A stretch of 45,946 bases of DNA from Candidatus Omnitrophota bacterium (GTDB lineage Bacteria; Omnitrophota; Gorgyraeia; Gygaellales; JAMWCP01): positions 1 to 45,946 of the forward strand of contig JAMWCP010000001.1 in NCBI GenBank assembly GCA_023819665.1, read 5' to 3'. The translations under genes and the position numbers were made by a program. This document shows, piece by piece, positions 18,002-28,724 of the stretch. The number at the start of each line of letters is the position of its first letter. Position 1 is the stretch's first letter. The notes below the pieces were generated by a model. It did not search any database and had not been told where the DNA came from. It saw nothing but the letters and a program-made list of their open reading frames with translations.

Positions 18002-19254
18002 TGTTTTGGTCGAAGACATTTATCCCTACATTAAGACACATACCCCAGGAAGCAGAATCAATTAGTCATCAATTGATGTTGCGGGCAGGTTTAGTTCGGA
18101 TGCTTATCTCGGGAGTTTATATGTATTTACCTTTAGGACTTAAGGTATTAAGTAATATTGAGAGAATCATTAGGGAAGAAATGAATAAATGTGGCGCAGT
18201 AGAAGTGTTGTTGTCGGCTTTACAACCATTAGAGCTATGGCAAAAAAGTGGTCGTGATGAAATGATGGGAGAGGTGATGATTAGATTTACTGACCGCAAA
18301 GGAAGAAAACTCTGTTTAGGCCCCACCCATGAAGAGGTGGTTACTTTTCTGGTTAAAGGGCACATCTCTTCTTATAGACAACTTCCCGTTGTTCTTTATC
18401 AAATCCAGACTAAATTTAGAGATGAAATACGACCGCGTTTCGGTTTAGTAAGGGCGTGTGAATTTATAATGAAGGATGCTTACAGTTTCGATAAAGATGA
18501 AAATGGTTTGGAAAAGAATTATCAAAAGATGTTTTGTGCTTACAAGCGTATATTTAAAAGATGTGGTTTAAATTTTTATATAATTGAAGCTGATCCGGGA
18601 GTGATGGGAGGCGATGTATCCCATGAATTTATGGTCCCTGCGAAAGCTGGTGAGGATGCAATTTTGCGTTGTCCAAAATGTAATTATATAAAGATATTTA
18701 AAGAAGAAACTAATTTATTATCTTGTCCTAAATGTACAGAAGGATTAGAGAAGATAAATACATTAGAGATAGGTCATATTTTTAAATTGAAAACTAAATA
18801 CAGTCTTTCATTGGGAGCTTATTTTTTGGATAGAGATGGTAAACAGAAACCAATTGTGATGGGTTGTTATGGAATCGGTGTTTCTCGCTTAATCTCTGCT
18901 ATAATAGAACAAAATTACGACGCAGAAGGTATTGTTTGGCCAAAAGAGATCAGCCCTTTTAAAGTAATCATTATCCCTTTAAATACCAGAGAAAAGTTAA
19001 TTATGCAAACGGCCAAAGATATCTATGAACACCTATCTAAATCGTCCGTAGAAGTAATTTTAGATGATCGCGATGAGCAGGCAGGGGTGAAATTTAAAGA
19101 TGCAGATCTTTTGGGTATATGCCTTCAGATAGTAATTGGTAAGGAGTTGCTGAACAGAAATAATATAGAATTACGTTGGCGTAAAGATAAAAAAATATTA
19201 AAGATAAAGAAATCTCAGGCTATAAGTTATATAAAGAGAATAATTGATGAATAA
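18001..19254 (+). CDS. proS: prolyl-tRNA synthetase, bacterial-type core without the INS editing domain
   Basis: The ATG at 18001 shares one nucleotide with the ispG TGA (TGATG) and gives MFWSKTFIPTLR.., a typical ProRS N-terminus. The ORF-track start at 17959 is probably too far upstream. It has class II motif 2 (FRDEIRPRFGLVRACEFIMKDAYSF), motif 3 (GCYGIGVSRL) and a C-terminal anticodon-binding domain. It is only about 417 aa. Confidence 0.85.
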   Translation: MFWSKTFIPTLRHIPQEAESISHQLMLRAGLVRMLISGVYMYLPLGLKVLSNIERIIREEMNKCGAVEVLLSALQPLELWQKSGRDEMMGEVMIRFTDRKGRKLCLGPTHEEVVTFLVKGHISSYRQLPVVLYQIQTKFRDEIRPRFGLVRACEFIMKDAYSFDKDENGLEKNYQKMFCAYKRIFKRCGLNFYIIEADPGVMGGDVSHEFMVPAKAGEDAILRCPKCNYIKIFKEETNLLSCPKCTEGLEKINTLEIGHIFKLKTKYSLSLGAYFLDRDGKQKPIVMGCYGIGVSRLISAIIEQNYDAEGIVWPKEISPFKVIIIPLNTREKLIMQTAKDIYEHLSKSSVEVILDDRDEQAGVKFKDADLLGICLQIVIGKELLNRNNIELRWRKDKKILKIKKSQAISYIKRIIDE

Positions 19255-19708
19255 AGAAATTTTATCTCAATTGAAACCATTATTGGAGGAATTTCTAAAT
19301 CAGGAAGGCTTTATATTGGTAGATGTAGACTTTGTATATGAAGCCTCTAGATTAATTTTAAGAATATTGACGGATCATCGTTATGGTGGTATAAATTTAG
19401 AGGAATGTAGCCAGCTCAATCAAAAAATAGGTAGACTTCTTGATGAGAAAGATCTGATAAAGACGAGTTATGTATTAGAGGTTTCCTCTCCCGGTTTAGA
19501 TAGACCATTAAAAACAGAGGAGGATTTTATTCGTTGTATTAATCAAGAAGTTATTTTATATACTAATCAACCCATAAAAGGAAAAAAAGAAAATTGTGGT
19601 TTTATAAGAGAAGTAGTGGCGGGTGGGCTTCTGTTTGAGATAGAGGGAGAGACGATCAATATACCTTTTGACTATATTATAAAAGCAAAACAGATAATTA
19701 GTATTTAG
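19244..19708 (+). CDS. rimP: ribosome maturation factor RimP
   Basis: It has LEVSSPGLDRPLK and sits immediately upstream of nusA. The length is 154 aa. Confidence 0.85.
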   Translation: MMNKEILSQLKPLLEEFLNQEGFILVDVDFVYEASRLILRILTDHRYGGINLEECSQLNQKIGRLLDEKDLIKTSYVLEVSSPGLDRPLKTEEDFIRCINQEVILYTNQPIKGKKENCGFIREVVAGGLLFEIEGETINIPFDYIIKAKQIISI

Positions 19709-19713
19709 TAAAG

Positions 19714-20898
19714 ATGAATGGAGAGATATTAGCAATTTTGGAGCAAATTGAGCGTGAGAAAGGGATTAAAAAGGATATTCTTATTCAAGCAGTAGAATCT
19801 GCTTTATCTACCGCGGTGCGCAAAACAATGGGTTTAAATAAAGAAACGGAGGTAAAGGTAGAGATAGATCGAAAGACAGGTGAAATAAGAGCAACTGAAG
19901 ATGGAAAGGAAATAACCACTGTTGATTTTGGTCGTATTGCTGCTACTACGGCTCGTCAGGTGATTATACAGAAAATAAGAGAGGCAGAAAAGGAAGTTAT
20001 CTTTAGTGAATTTAGTAATAAAGTAGGTGAGATTGTTAGTGGGACGGTTTATCGATTTGATAAGAAAAATATTATTGTAGATCTTTTGGGCAAAGCAGAA
20101 GGTATTTTACTTCGTAGTCAACAGGCGCCCCATGAAGAATTTAAGCAGGGAGAACGGATACGTGCCTATGTGTTAGAAGTAAAGAAGGAATCTAGAGGGA
20201 CGCAGATTATTCTTTCACGTACACATCCAAATTTTGTAAAGAAACTTTTCGAAATGGAAGTCCCTGAGATTTATGAGGGGATTGTGGAGATAAAGGCAAT
20301 TGCCCGGCTACCTTCACAGCGTACCAAAATTGCTGTTTGGTCAAAAGATGATAGGGTAGATTCGGTAGGAGCCTGTGTAGGTGTACGAGGAAATCGTGTC
20401 AAAAATATCGTAGCAGAATTACGTGGAGAGAGGATAGATATTGTCCGTTGGAATGAGGATATATCTCAATTTATTCAGGCAGCCATAACTCCGGCGAGGG
20501 TTTCTGAGATAAAGCTTGACAAACAGAATCGTAAAGCCTTGGTTATAGTGGATGAGGATCAGCTTTCTTTAGCCATAGGCAAACATGGACAGAATGTTCG
20601 TCTTGCTTCTCTTCTGGTAGATTGGGAGTTAGATGTGCGTACGCCTGCTGCCCTTAAAAAGAAAGAGTTGCTACAGGTGGAAGAAAAAAAGCAAGATTCT
20701 CTTAATAGATTAAGTATTATAGGGGAGAAATTGAGAGAGAGATTAAGTGGGATGGGTTTTAAAACACTCAAGGATATAGCTTCTGCAGATATAGATAAAC
20801 TTACGAGGATCAAAGGGGTAGGTAAGGTTAAAGCAAAAAGAATGATTGAAGAGGCGCAAAAAATTATTAAAGAAGATGTTGAAGAAAAAAATACGTAA
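19714..20898 (+). CDS. nusA: transcription termination/antitermination factor NusA
   Basis: It has an N-terminal domain, an S1 domain (GEIVSGTVYRFDKKNIIVDL), KH1/KH2 (GACVG.RG.RV..I..EL.GE.IDIV.W; IGK.GQNVRLAS.L) and a C-terminal helix-hairpin-helix. Confidence 0.95.
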   Translation: MNGEILAILEQIEREKGIKKDILIQAVESALSTAVRKTMGLNKETEVKVEIDRKTGEIRATEDGKEITTVDFGRIAATTARQVIIQKIREAEKEVIFSEFSNKVGEIVSGTVYRFDKKNIIVDLLGKAEGILLRSQQAPHEEFKQGERIRAYVLEVKKESRGTQIILSRTHPNFVKKLFEMEVPEIYEGIVEIKAIARLPSQRTKIAVWSKDDRVDSVGACVGVRGNRVKNIVAELRGERIDIVRWNEDISQFIQAAITPARVSEIKLDKQNRKALVIVDEDQLSLAIGKHGQNVRLASLLVDWELDVRTPAALKKKELLQVEEKKQDSLNRLSIIGEKLRERLSGMGFKTLKDIASADIDKLTRIKGVGKVKAKRMIEEAQKIIKEDVEEKNT

Positions 20899-22984
20899 AC
20901 CAAAAACCAAGAAGGTTTCTATTAAGCTAACGTCGAGAGAAAAAACTGCAAAATCGTTGATTTCTAAAAAAGAAGTTTCTAAAACGATTAAGAGAAGTAA
21001 GATTACTAAAGCATCTAAAGTCAAAAAAGTTATAAAGAAAGTTAAAGAAAAAGAAAGCCCCATTTTAGATCTTCTCTTAGAAGAAAAATCCACGGTTGTA
21101 TCTATGTCCCCAGAGGTTACTGAGGTGTCTTCTCCTCGGGTAGAAACCGAAGAAATGATTGGATTGGAGAAGTCTACGGATAATATTTCATCTACTGTAG
21201 AGTTAAAGAAACCTAAAGTAATAGAATTAGAATTTCCCATTACTCTAAGAGAACTGGCTGTAAAATTTCAACAAAAACCATCTGTGCTAATTAATAAATT
21301 GATGGAGAAAGGGGTTTTGGTTGCAATTAATCAAAATTTAGATGAGAATACTGTTGAGCAATTAGCGCAAGATTTTGATTTACAAATTCAAAAAGCAAAG
21401 GATATAGAAAGTACTCTTTTGGATATCCATAGAGAATCAAAGGATAGTGAGAATTTAAATAGGCGACCCCCGGTGGTTGCTTTTATGGGACATGTAGATC
21501 ATGGCAAGACTTCCCTTTTAGACACTATAAGAAAAACAAAGGTTGCTGAATCCGAATATGGAGGAATTACTCAACATATAGGAGCTTATCAGATTTCTAT
21601 AAGAACAAGACTTCATCCCGAAAGAGAAGATAAGATCACTTTTTTAGATACCCCGGGTCATGAAGCATTTACACGTATGCGTGCGCGGGGGGCGCGTATA
21701 ACTGATATAGTAGTTTTAGTAGTGGCAGCAGACGAAGGGGTAATGCCTCAGACTATAGAGGCAATTAACCATAGTCGTGAGGCAGGTGTGCCGATTATGG
21801 TAGCAATAAATAAAATTGATAAACCTAATGTAGATATAGAGAGGGTAAAAAAACAACTCAGTGAATATGGATTGATCCCTGAAGAATGGCAGGGAAATAC
21901 AGTTTTCGTTGGTGTTTCCGCCAAAACGGGGCAAGGCATAGATGACCTTTTGGAGTTAATTCTTCTGCAAGCAGAAATTATGGATTTGAAAGCAAATTAT
22001 GAGAAGTTAGCTAAAGGAGTAGTTATTGAATCACAGTTGAGTAGCGAAAGAGGGGTAATGGCGACTTTTTTAGTTCAAAATGGTACTTTAAAGTTAAATG
22101 ATAATCTGCTAGTGGGTTTACATTATGGTAAAATAAGGGCAATGTTTGACGAATATGGAAGAGTAGTATCTGAAGCCCCTCCTTCTACACCTGTAAAAGT
22201 TTTAGGACTCAGTGGTTTGCCCCAACCCGGCGATGAATTTTTCGTTGTCACTGATGAAAAACAGGCACGAGAGATCTCTCAGTTGCGAATGGAGAGAAAG
22301 CAACAGCCTAAATCTGTTCGAAAAATAAGCCTAGAAGAACTTTCTTCTCAAATAAAAGAGGGTAAGATAAAAGAATTTAAGATAATCTTAAAGGTAGATG
22401 CTACAGGTTCTTTGGAGGCAATAAAGGAGATATTAGATAGAATAGAGATACCTCAGATTTCTATAAATATTATCCATGCAGGGATAGGGGATGTTAATAC
22501 TTCCGATGTCCTTTTAGCTTCTGCTTCCAATGCTATTATTTTGGGTTTTAACGTAAGTTACGAATCCAGAGTAAAAGATCTGATTATCGAAGAGGGAGTG
22601 GAAGTGAGGATTTATAATGTAATATATGAGTTAACTAATGAGTTAAGGTCTGCAATGGAAGGTATGCTAGAACCAAAGACAAAGAGGGTTTTTTTGGGAA
22701 GAGCGGAGGTAAGAAAGGTATTTAGACTTTCTAAGGTGGGAGTAGTGGCGGGTTGTTTTGTAAGTAAAGGAAGGATACTACGTAATGCTTACGTCTGTTT
22801 ATTACGAAATGGGAAGGTTATCTATGAAGGTAGAATATCTTCTCTTAAGAGATTTAAAGATGATGTGCGTGAAATTTCCGAAGGCATGGAGTGTGGTATT
22901 TCATTAGGAGAATTCCAAGAGATCTTTGAAGGTGATGTAATCGAAGCTTATGAGATTCAAAAGATAACTCATAAAATTATATAA
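20846..22984 (+). CDS. infB: translation initiation factor IF-2
   Basis: A Lys-rich N-terminal region is followed by the GTPase G-domain (VAFMGHVDHGKTSLLD, DTPGHEAF, NKID) and C-terminal domains. The start is uncertain: ATG at 20846 or ATG at 20876. Both overlap the nusA 3' end. Confidence 0.9.
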   Translation: MKRRKKLLKKMLKKKIRKPKTKKVSIKLTSREKTAKSLISKKEVSKTIKRSKITKASKVKKVIKKVKEKESPILDLLLEEKSTVVSMSPEVTEVSSPRVETEEMIGLEKSTDNISSTVELKKPKVIELEFPITLRELAVKFQQKPSVLINKLMEKGVLVAINQNLDENTVEQLAQDFDLQIQKAKDIESTLLDIHRESKDSENLNRRPPVVAFMGHVDHGKTSLLDTIRKTKVAESEYGGITQHIGAYQISIRTRLHPEREDKITFLDTPGHEAFTRMRARGARITDIVVLVVAADEGVMPQTIEAINHSREAGVPIMVAINKIDKPNVDIERVKKQLSEYGLIPEEWQGNTVFVGVSAKTGQGIDDLLELILLQAEIMDLKANYEKLAKGVVIESQLSSERGVMATFLVQNGTLKLNDNLLVGLHYGKIRAMFDEYGRVVSEAPPSTPVKVLGLSGLPQPGDEFFVVTDEKQAREISQLRMERKQQPKSVRKISLEELSSQIKEGKIKEFKIILKVDATGSLEAIKEILDRIEIPQISINIIHAGIGDVNTSDVLLASASNAIILGFNVSYESRVKDLIIEEGVEVRIYNVIYELTNELRSAMEGMLEPKTKRVFLGRAEVRKVFRLSKVGVVAGCFVSKGRILRNAYVCLLRNGKVIYEGRISSLKRFKDDVREISEGMECGISLGEFQEIFEGDVIEAYEIQKITHKII

Positions 22985-22991
22985 TAATAAT

Positions 22992-23993
22992 ATGCATAAA
23001 AGATATATTCTTCTAAGTGGGATGCGTCCTACGGGTCCTCTACATTTGGGACATCTTGTAGGGGTTTTGGATAATTGGGTAAAATTGCAGGATGAGTATA
23101 ATTGTTTCTTTATGATTGCTGATTGGCATGCCTTAATGAGTGAATATATGAATCCTCAATCCATAAAAACTTACACCTTTGATAATGTACGCGATTGGTT
23201 GGCAGTAGGAATTGATCCTTGTAAGAGTATAATTTTTCGTCAATCAGATGTTAAAGAGCACTTGGAATTGTCAATGCTCTTGTCTGTGCTTACCCCTATT
23301 TCTTGGCTAGAGCGATGTCCTACATACAAAGAGCAGATAAATCAGATTAAAGACAGAGATATAAACAATTATGCTTTTTTAGGCTATCCACTTTTGCAGG
23401 CGGCAGATATATTGCTTTATAAAGCAGAATTTGTACCTATTGGTGAAGATCAGTTGCCACATTTAGAGCTTACCCGCGAAATTGCCCGCCGATTTAACCA
23501 TCTCTATAAAAAAGAGATATTTCCTCTGCCTAAAGCTCTTCTTACCAAAGAGAGTCGTCTTTTAGGAACAGATAATCGTAAAATGTCTAAAAGTTATAAT
23601 AATTATATTGCTCTTCAAGAAACAGAGAGAGGGGTTAAACAAAGGGTTTTATCTATGATTACAGATCCCAAGAAAATAAAGAAGGGCGATCCCGGTAGAC
23701 CATCTATATGTAATGTTTATACTTATCATCAGATATTTATAAAGAGAATCCATTTGGATGATAAACAGCTTCAGCAGATCGATAGCGATTGTAAGACGGG
23801 GAAACTTGGTTGTGTGGAGTGTAAAAACATGCTTGCTTCGTATCTAAATCTATATCTAGCTAAGTTTAAGGAGAGAAGAGAAAGATATAAAGATAAAGAT
23901 ATTTTAAAAATACTCAATAGAGGCGCAGAATGTGCTAAAGAAAAGGCAGCGCAGCAGATTCAGGAGATTAAATCGGTGATGGGTTTGTTATGA
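22992..23993 (+). CDS. trpS: tryptophanyl-tRNA synthetase
   Basis: It has class I HIGH (HLGH) and KMSKS motifs, and GEDQ.PH.ELTREIA. It also carries a four-Cys motif near the C-terminus (see findings). Confidence 0.9.
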   Translation: MHKRYILLSGMRPTGPLHLGHLVGVLDNWVKLQDEYNCFFMIADWHALMSEYMNPQSIKTYTFDNVRDWLAVGIDPCKSIIFRQSDVKEHLELSMLLSVLTPISWLERCPTYKEQINQIKDRDINNYAFLGYPLLQAADILLYKAEFVPIGEDQLPHLELTREIARRFNHLYKKEIFPLPKALLTKESRLLGTDNRKMSKSYNNYIALQETERGVKQRVLSMITDPKKIKKGDPGRPSICNVYTYHQIFIKRIHLDDKQLQQIDSDCKTGKLGCVECKNMLASYLNLYLAKFKERRERYKDKDILKILNRGAECAKEKAAQQIQEIKSVMGLL

Positions 23994-24760
23994 GTTATAA
24001 GATAAAATTAGAGATATTCGAAGGCCCCTTTGATCTCTTGTTATATTTGGTAAAAAAAGAACATATAAATATTTATGATATCCCCATTGCAAAAATAACA
24101 GATGAATATATGCGTTATCTCGAACTTATGCGTCTTTTAGATCTTAAGATAGCGGGTGAATTTCTGGTGATGGCTTCTACCCTTCTTCAGATAAAGTCAA
24201 AAATGCTTCTTCCTGCAGAAGAAGTTTCTGTTAATGATGAAGATGAGGTTAGGATAAATGATATAGAGAGACAGAAGCAACAACTTATAGAGCAACTCCT
24301 GGAATATGAGCGTTTCAAACAGATTGCTGAAGAATTAAGAAACAGACATTTAGAGCGTCAGAAAACATTGACGCGATCATCTTCGTTTGAATTAGAATCT
24401 AAAATTTTACATGATAAAGAAAGATATTTTGAAGCCAGTTTGTTTGATCTACTTAATGCTTTTTCAAAGGTTCTCAAGGATACCCCCCTAGAACTATTTT
24501 ATGAAGCAATAAAAGATGAATTTACCGTAGAAGATAAGATACATGAGATTCTTCATCTGCTCTTAGACGAAGAAGTAATTTTACTTTCAAATCTTTTTAG
24601 TAAAGCAAAGAATAAGTTAGAGATTATTGTTACATTTTTGGCTATACTAGAACTTATACGTTTAAAAGAGATAAAGGCGATACAGCAGAAACTTTTTGGT
24701 GAGATTGAAATTATAAGAAATAATAACAATATTATTCCTTATGTCAGAAGAAAAGATTAA
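23990..24760 (+). CDS. scpA: segregation and condensation protein A
   Basis: It has FEGPFDLLLYLV.K..I.IYDIPIA.IT.EY, typical of ScpA kleisins. An ATGA overlap joins it to trpS. Confidence 0.85.
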   Translation: MSYKIKLEIFEGPFDLLLYLVKKEHINIYDIPIAKITDEYMRYLELMRLLDLKIAGEFLVMASTLLQIKSKMLLPAEEVSVNDEDEVRINDIERQKQQLIEQLLEYERFKQIAEELRNRHLERQKTLTRSSSFELESKILHDKERYFEASLFDLLNAFSKVLKDTPLELFYEAIKDEFTVEDKIHEILHLLLDEEVILLSNLFSKAKNKLEIIVTFLAILELIRLKEIKAIQQKLFGEIEIIRNNNNIIPYVRRKD

Positions 24761-25772
24761 TCCTTTAATAGATAAAGCAGAAAATGAAGAAGACGTAATT
24801 CTTAATCTTTCTTTAAGACCAATAAGTCTTGCTGAATTTGTAGGTCAGAAAGAGATCGTTAGAAATATTCAGATTTCTATATTAGCAGCAAAACAGAGAA
24901 AGGAACCTTTAGAGCACATTCTTTTAAGTGGTCCACCGGGCTTGGGTAAAACATCACTTGCCCATATTATTGCTCGGGAGATGGGTACACGGATTACTTC
25001 TACCTCGGGCCCTGCTATAGAAAGGGCAGGGGATCTTATAGGGATTCTGACCAATTTGGAAAAAGGGGATATACTTTTTATTGATGAGATTCACCGACTT
25101 CCTAAAGTGGTAGAGGAGTTTTTATATCCAGCCATGGAAAGTTTTCAGATAGATTTTGTAATCGATAAAGGACCTTATGCAAAAACGATAAAATTTAATC
25201 TTAAACCATTTACCTTGGTAGGTGCTACTACTCGCAGTGGGCTTTTAAGTGCTCCTCTAAGAGGCAGATTTGGTATGTTTTATCATTTAGATTTTTATTC
25301 ACCTCAAGAGTTAGCTTTGATTATTGGAAATTCGGCGCGTATCTTAGGTGTTTCGATTGATAAAGAGTCATGTTTTGAGATTGCGCGGCGTTCACGGGGT
25401 ACACCACGTATTGCCAATCGTCTCTTAAGGCGTATTCGAGATTATGCACAAGTAACTAAGGCAAAGAGTATTGATATTAGACTGGTAGATGAGGCGTTAA
25501 ATAATTTAGGGATTGATAAAGCAGGTTTTGATGAGATTGATCGGAGGGTTTTGAAGACGATGCTTTTTACATATGGCGGCGGTCCGGTTGGGATAGATTC
25601 TTTAGCGGCTAGTCTAAATGAAGAAGCAGATACTATTATTGATATGATAGAGCCGTATTTATTAAAGGCAGGTTATATCAGACGTACTTCGCGTGGGAGA
25701 ATGGCAACGAGATTGGCATTTGAATATTTTGGGGTTCCCTATCATAAGGAAGATCAGAAAGAGCTTTTTTAG
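24741..25772 (+). CDS. ruvB: Holliday junction branch migration DNA helicase RuvB
   Basis: It has LRP..L.EF.GQ, Walker A (GPPGLGKTSLA), Walker B (LFIDEIHRL), a GATTR sensor, and RGTPRIANRLLRR. Confidence 0.95.
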   Translation: MSEEKINPLIDKAENEEDVILNLSLRPISLAEFVGQKEIVRNIQISILAAKQRKEPLEHILLSGPPGLGKTSLAHIIAREMGTRITSTSGPAIERAGDLIGILTNLEKGDILFIDEIHRLPKVVEEFLYPAMESFQIDFVIDKGPYAKTIKFNLKPFTLVGATTRSGLLSAPLRGRFGMFYHLDFYSPQELALIIGNSARILGVSIDKESCFEIARRSRGTPRIANRLLRRIRDYAQVTKAKSIDIRLVDEALNNLGIDKAGFDEIDRRVLKTMLFTYGGGPVGIDSLAASLNEEADTIIDMIEPYLLKAGYIRRTSRGRMATRLAFEYFGVPYHKEDQKELF

Positions 25773-26315
25773 ATGGATTTAATACTTCATATATGTTGTG
25801 CAGTTTGTTTAATACATCCTTTTGAAAAACTTAAAGAGAGAGGTTTTAAGATAAAAGGTTTCTTTTATAATCCCAATATTCATCCTTTTTCAGAGTATAT
25901 TCGACGCAAAGATACATTAAAGCTACTTAGTAGAGAAGTGAATTTAGAGATATTTTATTCGGAATATAGGGTTGAAGATTTTTTCAGGATAATTAATTTT
26001 AATGAAGATAAAGAGTGACGTTGTTATCTCTGTTGGAAATTACGTCTTGAAAATACGGCGAAATTTACTAAAGAAAACAATGTAAAGTTATTTACCACTA
26101 CACTTTTAGTTAGTCCTCATCAGAATAATGAGATAATTAAGAGAATAGGAGAAGAGATTGCACATCGTAATGGTATAGAATTTTACTATGAAGATTTTAG
26201 AGAGGGTTTTCCTCAAGCGTATCAGCAGGCAAAACAGCGACAACTTTACCGTCAGAAGTATTGTGGTTGTATATATTCAGAAATAGAAAGATGCAGATCT
26301 TTGGAAAATTTTTGA
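25773..26315 (+). pseudogene. queH: epoxyqueuosine reductase QueH (DUF208) with one in-frame TGA at 26016-26018
   Basis: The N-terminal part has HICCAVC and FYNPNIHP. Reading on in the same frame after the TGA gives RCYLCWKLRLE...TTLLVSPHQN...LYRQKYCGCIYSE, the QueH hallmark motifs, up to a TGA at 26313-26315. I call it a pseudogene by default; recoding or an assembly error is not excluded. Confidence 0.75.
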
Positions 26316-26506
26316 TAATTTTTGGTATTATTTCTATAGGTATAGGACTGCTTGTTCTATATCTAAGTAAAATTCCTTTTTTAGGCAAGCTTCCCGGAGA
26401 TATTTTAATTAATAAGAAAAATTTTACTTTCTATTTTCCTCTCACTACTTCTATAATAATAAGTATTATTTTAAGTTTTATATTTTGGTTATTTTCGCGA
26501 CATTAA
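26291..26506 (+). CDS. DUF2905 family small membrane protein
   Basis: It has two hydrophobic helices flanking the conserved GKLPGDI motif. The likely start is ATG at 26291 (MQIFGKF...), not the ORF-track start at 26261. It overlaps the queH tail by 25 nt. Confidence 0.7.
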   Translation: MQIFGKFLIIFGIISIGIGLLVLYLSKIPFLGKLPGDILINKKNFTFYFPLTTSIIISIILSFIFWLFSRH

Positions 26507-26527
26507 CATGTTTTTCTATTTTTATAG

Positions 26528-27649
<1,122 letters not shown>

Positions 27650-27651
27650 TA

Positions 27652-28386
27652 ATGAAAGCAGAGAGAATGAGAATAGATGTAATTACCACCTTTCCTAAAA
27701 TGTTTGAGGCAGTTCTTAACGAATCTATTATTAAACGTGCCCAGCAAAAAAGGAAAGTTGATATCTATGTGCACAATTTAAGAGATTATTCATTGGATAA
27801 GCATAAAAAAGTTGATGATCGTCCCTATGGAGGAGGCTGTGGTATGATTATGAAACCTGAGCCTATTTTCAGAGCAGTAGATGGTATTTTTAAAAAAAGA
27901 TATAAAAAGACAAAAACTTCTCAAAGTAAAGTAAAGATTATTCTTTTATCACCCCAAGGTAAACTTTTGAATCATCAGTTAGCAAAAGATCTCTGCCGTT
28001 ATGGACATCTGATACTTATCTGTGGTCATTATGAAGGGGTGGATGAGAGGGTGAGAAAATATTTAGCAGATGAGGAGATTTCTATTGGTGATTATGTTTT
28101 AACCGGTGGAGAACTTCCTGCTATGGTTTTGATTGATTGCGTTGTGAGATTTATCCCCGGCGTACTGGGTAATAAAAAATCATTAAAATTTGAGTCACTT
28201 CAGAATAATCTATTAGAATATCCTCAATATACCAGACCCCTAAATTTTAGAGGTATGAGAGTCCCTAGAGTTTTACTTTCAGGGGATCACAAAAAGATAG
28301 AGGAATTTAGAATCAAAGAAGCTTGGAGACGTACTTTACAGAAGAGGCCCGATTTATTAAAAAGGAAAGGTGGTGATTGTTTGTGA
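27652..28386 (+). CDS. trmD: tRNA (guanine37-N1)-methyltransferase
   Basis: It has [33 protein letters not shown] and a YPQYTRP block. Confidence 0.95.
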   Translation: MKAERMRIDVITTFPKMFEAVLNESIIKRAQQKRKVDIYVHNLRDYSLDKHKKVDDRPYGGGCGMIMKPEPIFRAVDGIFKKRYKKTKTSQSKVKIILLSPQGKLLNHQLAKDLCRYGHLILICGHYEGVDERVRKYLADEEISIGDYVLTGGELPAMVLIDCVVRFIPGVLGNKKSLKFESLQNNLLEYPQYTRPLNFRGMRVPRVLLSGDHKKIEEFRIKEAWRRTLQKRPDLLKRKGGDCL

Positions 28387-28715
28387 ACAAGATAAAATTT
28401 TTAGAAGAAGAATTTACAAAGAAGGATCTCCCCGTATTTAAAGTGGGAGATACGGTTAGAGTAGTTACTAAAATATTTGAACAGGATAAAGTGAGATTAA
28501 GCTCTTTTGAAGGTATAGTGATTGCGAAGAAAGGCTCGGGTATTCGGAGCTCTTTTACGGTAAGAAAGATTTCTTACGGCGAAGGAGTGGAAAGGGTTTT
28601 TCCTGTTTATTCTCCTTATATAGAAAAGATTGAAGTTTTACAATCAGGCAGCGTTAAGAGAGCAAAACTTTATTATTTAAGAAAACGTATTGGCAAAGAA
28701 GCTAGTCAGGTCTAA
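28377..28715 (+). CDS. rplS: 50S ribosomal protein L19
   Basis: It has FKVGDTVRV...R.Q.FEG.VIA....G...SFTVRK...G.GVER.FP..SP, and the conserved trmD-rplS order. The start is TTG at 28377 or GTG at 28383. Confidence 0.9.
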   Translation: MFVNKIKFLEEEFTKKDLPVFKVGDTVRVVTKIFEQDKVRLSSFEGIVIAKKGSGIRSSFTVRKISYGEGVERVFPVYSPYIEKIEVLQSGSVKRAKLYYLRKRIGKEASQV

Positions 28716-28724
28716 TAATACATA

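Noticed and set aside
26016-26018. Genome-wide reassignment of TGA (code 4 Trp or code 25 Gly) as the explanation for the in-frame TGA in queH.
   Set aside because: TGA terminates cdsA (14697-14699), ispG (17999-18001), trpS (23991-23993), trmD (28384-28386) and prfA (43373-43375) at positions where the proteins end as expected. The next gene starts immediately after or overlapping each of these stops.
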